DNA of 25,993 nucleotides, taken from contig DASSXV010000013.1 of NCBI GenBank assembly GCA_035703635.1, positions 1 to 25,993 of the forward strand, given 5' to 3'. Below the pieces are notes generated by a model that was not told the DNA's origin, did not search any database, and worked only from the letters and a program-made list of their open reading frames with translations. Shown one piece after another: positions 8,262 to 16,527 of the stretch (positions are counted from its first letter, which is position 1; each line of letters begins with the position of its first letter). Position numbers and translations under genes: made by a program. This DNA is from Trueperaceae bacterium (GTDB taxonomy: Bacteria > Deinococcota > Deinococci > Deinococcales > Trueperaceae).

Positions 8262-9689
8262 TCAATCGAGTCTCCAGCGACTGCCCTCCGCCGTGTCCTC
8301 TATGCTTACGCCGAGCTCCGTGAGCCGGTCCCTGAGCGCGTCTGAGCGGGCGAAGTCGCGGCGGTCGCGGGCGCGCTGGCGTTCCTCGAGGAGCAGGTCG
8401 ATCATCCCGCCCAGGGTGTCGGCTGACGTGCGTGCCGCGTCGTCTCCCGCTGGCACACCCAGAACGCCGGTGAGGTACTCGCTCAGGAACGCAGCAGCCC
8501 CGGCGCAGTACTCCTCGCCTGCGCCCTCCTCGAGCTCCTTGTTCATGGCGCGCGCGGCGTCGAACAGGACCGCGATAGCCTGCGGAGTGTTCAGGTCGTC
8601 GTTCATGGCGGCAGCGAAGCGCGAGCGGAACTGCGCGAACGGCGTGTCGTCGCGGGCCGAGTCGTTGGCGGCGGAGCCAGCAACGGACCGGTACGTGTCG
8701 CGCAGGCGCTTGAGCCCCTGAGCGGAGGAGACGATGCCGTCCTTGCTGAAGTCGGACACGCTCCGGTAGTGCGAGCGCAGCAGGTGGAACCTGATGACGA
8801 GCGGGTCGTACATGCCGAAGAGGTCCTGCAGCGTGATGAAGTGGCCCTTCGACTTGGCCATCTTCTCGCCCTGCAACGTGATCATGTTCCAGTGCAGCCA
8901 GTAGCGCGCGAACGGCTTGCCTGCCGCCTGCGCCTGCGCTAGTTCGGCCTCGTGGTGCGGGAACAACAGGTCGAGGCCGCCGCCGTGGATGTCGAACTCG
9001 TCGCCCAAGTACTTGGTGCTCATGGCGGAGCACTCGATATGCCAGCCAGGAAATCCTTCGCTCCACGGGCTAGGCCAGCGCATGATGTGCCCACCCTCCG
9101 CGCGTTTCCATAACGCGAAATCGCGCGGGTCGTCCTTCTCGGAGCGCACTTCGACGCGCGTGCCCTCCAACTGCTCGGAAGGATCTCGGCCGGAGAGCTT
9201 ACCGTAGTCCGGCCATGACGAAACGTCGAAGTAGACGCTACCGTCGCGCTCATACGCCTTGCCGCGCCCTAGGAGCTCCTCCGTCATGACTTGCTGCTCT
9301 ATCAAGTGCCCAGAGGCGCGCGGCACGATGCTTGGGCGTCTGACGCGCATGGCCGCCATGGCGTCGAAGTACGACCAGAAGTACTTCTCAGCCACCTCCA
9401 TCGGTTCGAGGCGTTCGAGCTGCGCTCGCCTTGCTAGCTTGTCGTCCCCGTCGTCCGCATCGTCGACCAGGTGGCCGACGTCGGTGATGTTCGTGACGAA
9501 GCGGACCGTGAAGCCCTCATGCTCGAGCCAGTTGCGCAGGACGTCGAAGACGACGGGCCCTCGCGCATGACCAAGATGCGGCTCAGAGTAGACGGTCGGC
9601 CCGCACATGTAGATACCGACATGTCCGGGGACGACAGGCCGGAACGGCTCTTTCGAGCGAGAAAGGGTGTTGTAGAACTCTAGCGGCAT
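8262..9689 (-). CDS. cysS: Cysteine--tRNA ligase
   Basis: [12 protein letters not shown] (HIGH motif), [35 protein letters not shown] (KMSKS variant), [18 protein letters not shown]. Confidence 0.97.
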   Translation of the reverse strand: MPLEFYNTLSRSKEPFRPVVPGHVGIYMCGPTVYSEPHLGHARGPVVFDVLRNWLEHEGFTVRFVTNITDVGHLVDDADDGDDKLARRAQLERLEPMEVAEKYFWSYFDAMAAMRVRRPSIVPRASGHLIEQQVMTEELLGRGKAYERDGSVYFDVSSWPDYGKLSGRDPSEQLEGTRVEVRSEKDDPRDFALWKRAEGGHIMRWPSPWSEGFPGWHIECSAMSTKYLGDEFDIHGGGLDLLFPHHEAELAQAQAAGKPFARYWLHWNMITLQGEKMAKSKGHFITLQDLFGMYDPLVIRFHLLRSHYRSVSDFSKDGIVSSAQGLKRLRDTYRSVAGSAANDSARDDTPFAQFRSRFAAAMNDDLNTPQAIAVLFDAARAMNKELEEGAGEEYCAGAAAFLSEYLTGVLGVPAGDDAARTSADTLGGMIDLLLEERQRARDRRDFARSDALRDRLTELGVSIEDTAEGSRWRLD

Positions 9690-9790
9690 CTACTCCTCCG
9701 AGAGCGGCCGTAAGCCGAGGCCATCATGGGCCGGGAAGCGGTTTCGGTGATATGTGACGGGGCACTCGTCGCGGCGAACCGACGGCGCTG

Positions 9791-9880
9791 CTACAGGCAA
9801 CTGTTCACACGACATCGCCAAGCTGAGCGCGCCACGGCAAGGGCAGCTGCCGTGCTCGTTCGCGCCTCCACCACGTCCAT
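9791..9880 (-). CDS. Putative leaderless cysS leader peptide, 29 aa (MDVVEARTSTAAALAVARSAWRCRVNSCL)
   Basis: ATG lies 7 nt after an extended -10 box. Two Cys codons (TGT, TGC) in the last seven codons. Ends 101 nt upstream of cysS. Confidence 0.5.
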   Translation of the reverse strand: MDVVEARTSTAAALAVARSAWRCRVNSCL

Positions 9881-9887
9881 GACGGCT

Positions 9888-9896
9888 AGCGTAGCA
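9888..9896 (-). promoter_or_regulatory. Extended -10 promoter for the cysS leader and cysS
   Basis: Minus strand TGC-TACGCT-agccgtc-ATG. Confidence 0.6.
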
Positions 9897-9927
9897 CGGG
9901 TTTCTCGCCGCTTTGCGCCCCCCAAGG

Positions 9928-9933
9928 TACAGT
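9928..9933 (+). promoter_or_regulatory. -10 box for leaderless yigZ
   Basis: TACAGT-ctcgag-GTG, with the GTG in frame with the YigZ ORF. Confidence 0.6.
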
Positions 9934-9939
9934 CTCGAG

Positions 9940-10551
9940 GTGGCTCACCGCACCGTTGCCGTAGCTGCCGAACACGAGGAACTCGTGCAGGGCTCGCGCT
10001 TCATTGCGTACGTGGCTGAGGTTGACGACGTGGCAGGGGCCGCCGCCCACCTCGCCGCTGTGCGCGCGGCTCACCCGGACGCTACCCACCACTGCTGGGC
10101 ATACCGCGTGGCGGACGCACAGCGCTTCTCTGACGACGGCGAGCCTGGCGGTACAGCTGGCCGACCGATGTTGGAGGTCATCCTCAAGCGCGGCCTCGAT
10201 CGCGTGTCCGCAGTGGTGGTGAGGTACTTCGGCGGTAAGAAGCTTGGAGCAGGCGGACTGGTTCGCGCTTACTCCGGCAGCCTCGCGAAGGCATTGGACG
10301 CCGCTGGAACGCGCGAAGTCGTCGACGTTGTGCGGTTGGCAGTGCACGCGCCATTCGCGGCGACCGACGCCGTGCTACGCCTGCTTGACGCCGCCGCCCT
10401 CGAGCGCGCGCCATTCGTCCGCGAGACGCCAGAGTTCGATGGCGACGGGCTCGTCGTTCACGTAGCACTGGCCGTGGCCGCCGCCGAAGAGTTACGTGAG
10501 GAGTTGCGGGAAGCCACGCGCGGCGCCGCCAACGTCGAAGTCGTCGACTGA
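9940..10551 (+). CDS. yigZ: IMPACT/YigZ family protein (UPF0029), 203 aa
   Basis: GSRFIA, DATHHCWAYR, SDDGEPGGTAGRPML, VVVRYFGGKKLGAGGLVRAY. Start placed at leaderless GTG 9940 rather than TTG 9913. Confidence 0.93.
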   Translation: MAHRTVAVAAEHEELVQGSRFIAYVAEVDDVAGAAAHLAAVRAAHPDATHHCWAYRVADAQRFSDDGEPGGTAGRPMLEVILKRGLDRVSAVVVRYFGGKKLGAGGLVRAYSGSLAKALDAAGTREVVDVVRLAVHAPFAATDAVLRLLDAAALERAPFVRETPEFDGDGLVVHVALAVAAAEELREELREATRGAANVEVVD

Positions 10552-10614
10552 GGCTGAGGGAGAGGTGAAGCCCCCCTCACCGCCAACTGCCTCCCAAAGT
10601 GCGAGCATGGAGTC

Positions 10615-11235
10615 ATGAACAAGACGCGCGGCCTCCTCATCATCTCGTCACTACTGGTGGGCGCCTTGCTCACGTCGTGCGCTCCCGCAAGTACTCCGAC
10701 GGGCAAGGTTCTCGTCGCCATGATGAACGCTCCAGCTCAAGCGCGGGTGGCTGGCGCGGCCGACGGCGTTCAGGCGATCTTGGAGCGTGAACCGGGTACG
10801 CGCTTCACTTACGTCTCCGCGTTCACCATGCGCTTCCTCGAGACGCACAATGACTTGTTCCAGAGCCGCGCCGCTCCAAGTGCAGCGCGCATCGCCCGCA
10901 CGCAGGGCGCGGATCTCGCAGTCATGGTGGGCGCGCCTGTGCTTGACCGCGTCGTCACCGCTTCCAAGGACGGAGCGTCACGCCGCATCGACGTGTCGCT
11001 GGCCCTAGAAGCTCAGGTCGTCGACCCTAGGACGGACGCCGTCGTGCAGGTACTCAGGACGCGCACGTTGCAAGGTTCTCGAGTCGAGGCGAATAGCGAG
11101 CCAGTTCTGCCAGTCGACTCGGATCCGACCGTCCTTGCGCTACGAGATCAGGCCATCCCAGAACTCGCCGCGGCCCTGTCGGCCGAACTGCCTTACCTGA
11201 CGAACAGCCTGCTCATCGGAAGTAACGGCGGATGA
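10615..11235 (+). CDS. Lipoprotein of unknown function, possibly CsgG/LpoB/FlgO-like fold
   Basis: Lipobox LLTS-C at residue 22 after a basic/hydrophobic signal. GGAG RBS. AARIARTQGADLAVMVG...LEAQVVDPRT resembles the A..lG..lgAd.vv.G...l.l.lvd..tG pattern of that fold. Confidence 0.75.
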   Translation: MNKTRGLLIISSLLVGALLTSCAPASTPTGKVLVAMMNAPAQARVAGAADGVQAILEREPGTRFTYVSAFTMRFLETHNDLFQSRAAPSAARIARTQGADLAVMVGAPVLDRVVTASKDGASRRIDVSLALEAQVVDPRTDAVVQVLRTRTLQGSRVEANSEPVLPVDSDPTVLALRDQAIPELAAALSAELPYLTNSLLIGSNGG

Positions 11236-12667
11236 TCTCCTGGTAGCCAGCCGGCAGGTCCCCTTCGCCTAACGCCTCCTCGACTGCCGTGGCGTACGGG
11301 GCGAACGCCGTGCCTGGGGGCAACTCGACCTGGTCATCGCCGGGGAGCCTCACGTTGCCTGCCGGCGTCGTTGGACCGTCGAGTAGTACCCCAGGCAAGA
11401 GTTGAGCCCCGGCAGCGCTGAACAAGGCGTCTGGCTCGACTCCGTCGTCTGCCAGCTCAGCGCCGCCAGCGCCGGCAGTGCCTTCTGGCCCATCCTCGCC
11501 GCCGCCAACGCCTGCGCTGGCCTCGTCACCAGCGCCGGGGCCCTGCTCGTCGCCAGCGCCCGGCCCCGCTGCCACCTCGTCGTCCTCGGTTAGGCCCCGA
11601 TCGCCCCGGCCTTCTTCTTGCGTGCGGCCGCCGCCAGCCACTTGTTGGCCGCTGTTCCCCTCGGCGTCGGGCTGAGTCTCGTCCTTGCCAGTCTCCGTGC
11701 CTGCTTGAGTCTGCGCGTCTGCGCTGCTTCGTCCGGCATCGTTCTGTGACTGTCCTGCGCCCTCACCAGCAGCTTCGGCTGTTGCGGTCGCGCCTGTCGT
11801 CTCTGCCGCATCGCCGGGGGTGGTTGGCTGCGGCATACGTGCGCCTTCGGAGGCGACCTGTTCGCTTAGGTCACGCGAATCGCCTGGGCCACCCTGGCCG
11901 GCGCCAGGCTGGCTCGCGGACTGGCCTTGCTTGAGCGCTTCCAAGAACCGCGAGAGGGCGTCGTTACCAGCATCGGAGCCACCTGGCGGCAGCGCATCAC
12001 GACTATCGGCCGCGCCACCCAAGCCATCGGGAACTTCGGGGGCATCGGCGCGGCTGCTCGCTGGTAACGCGGGCACCAGTTCTTCAAGCGGCTGCGGAAG
12101 TGTGGAATCGCTGTTGTTAGCGGCGTTCGCCGGACCCGCGCCCACCATACCGCCGGCGTTAGTCGCGGTGGGCAGGAACTGGCTCAGGAGCACGACCGCC
12201 AGTGCTACGACCGAAACGGGCAGCCACCACTGCGGGCCCTGCTCTGGCTTGAAGTCTGCCACCGAGCGCTTGGCCCTGCCGATGACGCTGGCCTCGAGGC
12301 CGTAGGCGTCGAACTGGTCGCCTAACACCGTTCCCGCGTGCTCGGCGCGGGAGTCGATGATAGCTAGGGCGGACTCGTACGCTAAGCCCGTTGTACGCGC
12401 GATCTGGTCTAGAGCGCGGCGCGTTTGTGGGGCGACGGGGATGAGTGCCGCCCCGATGGCACCAAGCACCGTGGCGCCAAGGTGAACGGCCAGCCCGACG
12501 GGCCACAGGAGCTTGATGAGCCCGACGACCACGGCAACGGCAAGCGCCCCATAAGCCGCGCGGCGAACGCGCTCACTGCCAGCCAGGCGCCGCGCCGTTA
12601 CGAGGTGGAGGCGGAACGTGGCGTCTGGCTGGAGGTCCGGGCCGCGGCGCTTGCTCGAGGAGATCAT
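11213..12667 (-). CDS. Hypothetical membrane protein with long acidic low-complexity tail and C-terminal P-x-x-Y-x-x-x-I-x-x-Y-F motif
   Basis: About three hydrophobic helices in the first 165 aa, then a G/A/E/D/Q/P-rich region, ending LPAGYQEIIRRYFR. ATGA overlap with the upstream gene. Confidence 0.8.
   Translation of the reverse strand: MISSSKRRGPDLQPDATFRLHLVTARRLAGSERVRRAAYGALAVAVVVGLIKLLWPVGLAVHLGATVLGAIGAALIPVAPQTRRALDQIARTTGLAYESALAIIDSRAEHAGTVLGDQFDAYGLEASVIGRAKRSVADFKPEQGPQWWLPVSVVALAVVLLSQFLPTATNAGGMVGAGPANAANNSDSTLPQPLEELVPALPASSRADAPEVPDGLGGAADSRDALPPGGSDAGNDALSRFLEALKQGQSASQPGAGQGGPGDSRDLSEQVASEGARMPQPTTPGDAAETTGATATAEAAGEGAGQSQNDAGRSSADAQTQAGTETGKDETQPDAEGNSGQQVAGGGRTQEEGRGDRGLTEDDEVAAGPGAGDEQGPGAGDEASAGVGGGEDGPEGTAGAGGAELADDGVEPDALFSAAGAQLLPGVLLDGPTTPAGNVRLPGDDQVELPPGTAFAPYATAVEEALGEGDLPAGYQEIIRRYFR
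11522..11566 (-). repeat. Imperfect 24-nt-period coding tandem repeat (GPGAGDE x2)
   Basis: CTCGTCACCAGCGCCGGGGCC (11522-11542) and CTCGTCGCCAGCGCCCGGCCC (11546-11566). Confidence 0.6.
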
Positions 12668-13323
12668 GCGCTGGCCGCCGGGTTACCGCGAGCTGGCGTG
12701 CGCACGGCAAGGAGCGTGACGAGTGAGAGTACGACCATCGCCGCGAGGTATGCCGGCGCGACCGCCAGCGGCCCGGCCCACGGGTTGACGATGACCAGGT
12801 CGAACGCGAAGTCTGTCCACACGAGGCCCGCGAGCAGCGCCGGCACGGTGATGAGGAGCAACACGCCAGAGTATGGGCCGCGGACGAGGCGCCCGAGCAG
12901 CAGGCCGAGGCCGAAGAACCCGGTGAGCGTAAGCGGCGCCACGAGGGCCGGCCAATAGCCTGGCGTAGCCGGGTAACTACCCGCCTGCGCAGTGAGTTCG
13001 AACGGCCACGTGAGGAGCACTATGACGAGAAGCGCCAACCACGTCAGCCTGACGCTCAAGGCCTTGGGTAAGGCCGTGGCGCCGGCGCCGTTGGGGTCCT
13101 GCCGAGCGGGTTGAGCGCCGTGCTGCGCCCCGTACGCCAGCCCAAGGAAGGCCAGCAGGCTGTTGCGCAAGGGCGCGACCGCGAACCACGATTCGTTGAC
13201 GCGTGCGCCGCCGTCCGGCCAGTTGACTGTAATGGCAACCACCATCACGGCGAGAAACAACGCGACGACCTGCGCCAAGTCGTTGCGCTGGAGTCTGCCT
13301 GCGACTTGGGCGAGGAGGCTCAT
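12664..13323 (-). CDS. Hypothetical polytopic membrane protein (about 6 TM, ABC-2 permease-like size and topology), 219 aa
   Basis: Six hydrophobic segments and an NP motif before the last helix. Start moved to ATG 13323 (MSLLAQ), which overlaps the upstream stop as ATGA and follows GAGG. Confidence 0.75.
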   Translation of the reverse strand: MSLLAQVAGRLQRNDLAQVVALFLAVMVVAITVNWPDGGARVNESWFAVAPLRNSLLAFLGLAYGAQHGAQPARQDPNGAGATALPKALSVRLTWLALLVIVLLTWPFELTAQAGSYPATPGYWPALVAPLTLTGFFGLGLLLGRLVRGPYSGVLLLITVPALLAGLVWTDFAFDLVIVNPWAGPLAVAPAYLAAMVVLSLVTLLAVRTPARGNPAASA

Positions 13324-14837
13324 CGCCTCGCCACCTCTGTGTGGGCAGCTCCAACTCCGCCGCTGCCGAGTTCCGTTGCCGCCAACCAGATGACGCACCC
13401 GCTCTGAAGCTCGCACCCACTACTAGTGATCAGGGTGCCGTGCGGGAGCAGGGGGGTGAGGCCGGCGTAGATGGCTGCGAGGTGCGGTGGAAAGGCCTCG
13501 AGCTCGCCCGGCGTCAGCGCGGCGAGTTCGTTGGGCGCCACATCGTTCTGGGCTCCGAGACCGATGACGTAGGTGCCATGCAATGACCGCGCGGAGCGGT
13601 TCGTGATCGTCGAGCCAGCCACGCTGAACGGCGCGCTGACGGCGCGCGGCGGTAGCATGACGAGCGCCGAGCGCCAAGCGGCAGTCGGCACGCGAACGCC
13701 GGTGTCATCGGCAGAGTATGGCTGTTGCGGCACCGTGCTCGCACCCGCTGCGAACTCGAGCGCTGCTGGAGGAAGGGTGAGCGCCTCGTCGGCTTCCTGG
13801 ATCAGGGCCAACGGGCCACCAACGACCCCAACGGCGATGCTGCTCCGGTACTGCGCGGCCGGCGGCCGCACCGCCAGCCATGCCCCGGCGCCAACTAGAC
13901 CGACGACGAGGATGCCAGCCAGCAGCCCCTGCACCCCACCGAAGCGTAGTAGGGCCAGCAGTAGGATCGCGTACGCAACCGCGCCAACCAACACCGCTGA
14001 CAGCGCTGTTGGTCTTGGGCCAACTACTAGAGGTTGGGCGAGGACGGTGGCGAGGAGTTCGCCTGACTGCGGCCAGAGCGGTTGGTCACCTGCCGCTTGG
14101 CCGGGGAAACTATAGGTCAGGAGGCCAGCGCCCAGGTTCGTGGTTCCCGCTTCACCTAGGAGGTCAGCAACCCCAGGGGCCACCTGCCCAGCCGCTTCCG
14201 TTATTACGACCTGAGCGCCGGCCACTGCGGCGGCCACGAGCGCCTCGACCGGCACCGCCCGGTGTGCGACCACCACGGCGCTAACGCCGCCGTACGCGGC
14301 AGGGGTGAACGGCAGGTCGGAGGGCACTACCTCCACCAAGCGCGCCGCCGGCCACGCCTCCCGGACGGCGTTGGCTTGAGCTGCGTTCATGCGCTCGCTG
14401 ACGGCCAGCACTAGCGGGCGCGCGTCCGATTCGCGGCTACCCAGACTGCCGCTAGCGACCACCCTTGAACTCGTGGCGACGCGCCACGCAAGGGAGCGGA
14501 ACGGCGGCACGTACAGGTCGGTCTCGAGATGGTTGACGCCACCGCCACCCCGCAACTCGTGGGTGATGACGACGGGTACCTCGCCGTCCTTGAGTGTTCC
14601 GACGTCGATGACCATAGTGAGCGTACTCTGGGGCAAGTCGCGGGTGACGACGCTTACGGGGTTCCACGCGCCAGCCACGACTTGGTTGGCGACACCAATG
14701 GTGAATTCGACCGGCCCGGTGGCCGCGTGCGTGACACCCCAGACTAGCCAGGCGACGACGGCCATGGCGAGCGGGCGTAACCGCGGGAGCGGGAACCGCC
14801 GTGCGACTAACGGTGCTTGGGCGCGGCTGCTAGGCAT
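13320..14837 (-). CDS. Hypothetical exported/membrane protein, 505 aa
   Basis: N-terminal signal-like segment, beta-rich domain with GAWNPVSV, alpha/beta domain with DLPFTPAAYGGVSAVVV, a central helical hairpin (2 TM) and a C-terminal beta-rich domain. Confidence 0.8.
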   Translation of the reverse strand: MPSSRAQAPLVARRFPLPRLRPLAMAVVAWLVWGVTHAATGPVEFTIGVANQVVAGAWNPVSVVTRDLPQSTLTMVIDVGTLKDGEVPVVITHELRGGGGVNHLETDLYVPPFRSLAWRVATSSRVVASGSLGSRESDARPLVLAVSERMNAAQANAVREAWPAARLVEVVPSDLPFTPAAYGGVSAVVVAHRAVPVEALVAAAVAGAQVVITEAAGQVAPGVADLLGEAGTTNLGAGLLTYSFPGQAAGDQPLWPQSGELLATVLAQPLVVGPRPTALSAVLVGAVAYAILLLALLRFGGVQGLLAGILVVGLVGAGAWLAVRPPAAQYRSSIAVGVVGGPLALIQEADEALTLPPAALEFAAGASTVPQQPYSADDTGVRVPTAAWRSALVMLPPRAVSAPFSVAGSTITNRSARSLHGTYVIGLGAQNDVAPNELAALTPGELEAFPPHLAAIYAGLTPLLPHGTLITSSGCELQSGCVIWLAATELGSGGVGAAHTEVARR

Positions 14838-14848
14838 CTGGAACTGGA

Positions 14849-14854
14849 AGTATA
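14849..14854 (-). promoter_or_regulatory. -10 box (TATACT) for the three-gene membrane operon
   Basis: TATACT 11 nt upstream of ATG 14837 in a 59-nt intergenic gap. Confidence 0.45.
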
Positions 14855-14896
14855 CGGGCGTTGCGAGTCAGCCCCGGTAACGGGCTAGGCCGTTGC

Positions 14897-16465
14897 CTAG
14901 CGCCCAGCTACGGCAGCTACGAACACCACGGCGCTAACGACCTTGCGTTCGCTTGAGCGGTTCATGACCTTGCCGTCGACTACGAGCGTGGTGCTGCTGC
15001 CGCTATCGAAGCGCATGGCGCGGTCGACCCCTAACCCGAGGAAGAGCTCGACGAGGTCCTCCGCCCGCATGGTCTCAGCCACGACGAAGAGCGTGGTCCC
15101 GTCCGGCATCACCCCGATGGCCGCTTGTTGAGTGAGGCCGTCCAGGATGCGTTGCCCGGAGGCGAACGCTTCTAGCGAAGGGTCGTAGGCGGCAACGCCG
15201 TCCTGGACGAGGAGCGGTCCGGCTTCGACTGCGTACTGCGCGGAGTCGAAGCCTAGCGGTCTTAGGTTGGTGTCGAGGGCTACCAGATCGCCGGTGTCGA
15301 GCAGGGCCAGTTCGCGGTTCGTGGCGGGGTACGCCAGCGCGAAGCCGTCGGCTGGCACCACGCGCGGGCCGATCTTGTTCTCGACCACGACGCCGTCCTT
15401 CACGACTAACACCCCTTGGGTTGGACTCCCAGCCAAGGCACCGGCCTTGGTGGCCACGATGACGCCGTCGCCGTTGGCGGTGCCAACTCTCAGTGTGCCG
15501 CGCGATGTGTAGAGGAGCACGTCCGCGTCCAAGCGATCGATCAGTGGTGGGCTGGCGGGGGAGAAGGCGACGCTCGCCCGGCCCCTGCTCGGGAGCGACA
15601 GGAGTCCGTGGTCGACCTTCAGGAGCCCGATGGCCGCGTAGTTACTCGTGTCGAAGTATCCGGCGTTAAGGGCTATCAGCGCCCCGGATGCGAGTTGCGT
15701 GACCGTGCGCGGCACGCGGCTCTCACCAACCACGCGCAACTCGCCACTGCCCGGCGCCATGCTTACGAGGTGCACGACGCTCGGACCGCTCGCGCTGAAA
15801 ACGCGGTACTTGCGGTAGACGACGCCGGGAGCGATGTCTTGTTCGACTTGCACGAGCTGACTTAGGTCGCGGCGGGGCGTGACGTCGATGACCAGACGGT
15901 TCGGGTTCTCGAGGGGAAAGACGGCGTAATCGAACGCCGGGCCGCTTAACCGCAGCTGCAGACCGCTGCCCGTCGTCACCAACTCGAGTTCTAGTCCGGA
16001 TACGTCCTCAGGAGCGGCGGCGGGCACGAGCATCCTTGGCAGTTCGAGCATGAGCGGCTCCTTCGCCGCGCGCGAGCCGCCGCTGCGCAGCGCCTCGAGC
16101 TGGGAGAGCGGCACGTTCGGCACGTCGAGCACCATGCGCACCTCGGCGTTACCTGAGTAGCGGATGCCTTCCAGGCGCGGCTCCGTTACGCCGAGCGCGT
16201 CCAGCACGCTGCCGTTGACAAGCACTTCACCGTCGACGAAGACGGGCGGGTCGGCTGTCATGTTGGACAACCAGCCCAAGCCAGCCACGTAGGTTTCGTG
16301 GAACGGTCCGTGGACTATAGTGATGGCGTCGGCGGCAACGGTGGCCGTTGCGTCAGGCAGGCGGTAATAGGTTCCGGCAGGGGTCGTGGATTGGGCGCCG
16401 CCGTTCGTCAGGACGAGGAGCAGGGTGACGAGCAGGCTCAGGCGAGCAAGGGAATCGCGCAACAT
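14897..16465 (-). CDS. Exported phosphodiester glycosidase family (NAGPA/DUF2233) protein with AMIN-like N-terminal region
   Basis: Signal peptide; AMIN-like RMVLD...VFPLENPNRLVIDV; family motifs LNAGYF, EAGPLLV, AAIGV, AMRFDSGSSTTLVVDG, ERKVVSAV. Confidence 0.82.
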   Translation of the reverse strand: MLRDSLARLSLLVTLLLVLTNGGAQSTTPAGTYYRLPDATATVAADAITIVHGPFHETYVAGLGWLSNMTADPPVFVDGEVLVNGSVLDALGVTEPRLEGIRYSGNAEVRMVLDVPNVPLSQLEALRSGGSRAAKEPLMLELPRMLVPAAAPEDVSGLELELVTTGSGLQLRLSGPAFDYAVFPLENPNRLVIDVTPRRDLSQLVQVEQDIAPGVVYRKYRVFSASGPSVVHLVSMAPGSGELRVVGESRVPRTVTQLASGALIALNAGYFDTSNYAAIGLLKVDHGLLSLPSRGRASVAFSPASPPLIDRLDADVLLYTSRGTLRVGTANGDGVIVATKAGALAGSPTQGVLVVKDGVVVENKIGPRVVPADGFALAYPATNRELALLDTGDLVALDTNLRPLGFDSAQYAVEAGPLLVQDGVAAYDPSLEAFASGQRILDGLTQQAAIGVMPDGTTLFVVAETMRAEDLVELFLGLGVDRAMRFDSGSSTTLVVDGKVMNRSSERKVVSAVVFVAAVAGR

Positions 16466-16527
16466 CTAAGCGAGTCTCGCAAGTCAAGTGTTGGTTTTGA
16501 TGAGCGCGCGCTACAACACGCGAACGT

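Noticed and set aside
8848-8865. KMAKS instead of KMSKS in CysRS as a sign of inactivation
   Set aside because: A conservative variant that keeps both lysines; HIGH motif and zinc ligands are intact.
9690-9900. T-box riboswitch upstream of cysS (also checked upstream of thrS, 17360-17557)
   Set aside because: No GGTGGNACCGCG T-box consensus or U-tailed terminator in either leader.
13324-13416. N-terminal extension of the 6-TM protein in the ORF track
   Set aside because: Overlaps the upstream gene out of frame; ATG 13323 with ATGA coupling and GAGG is more plausible.
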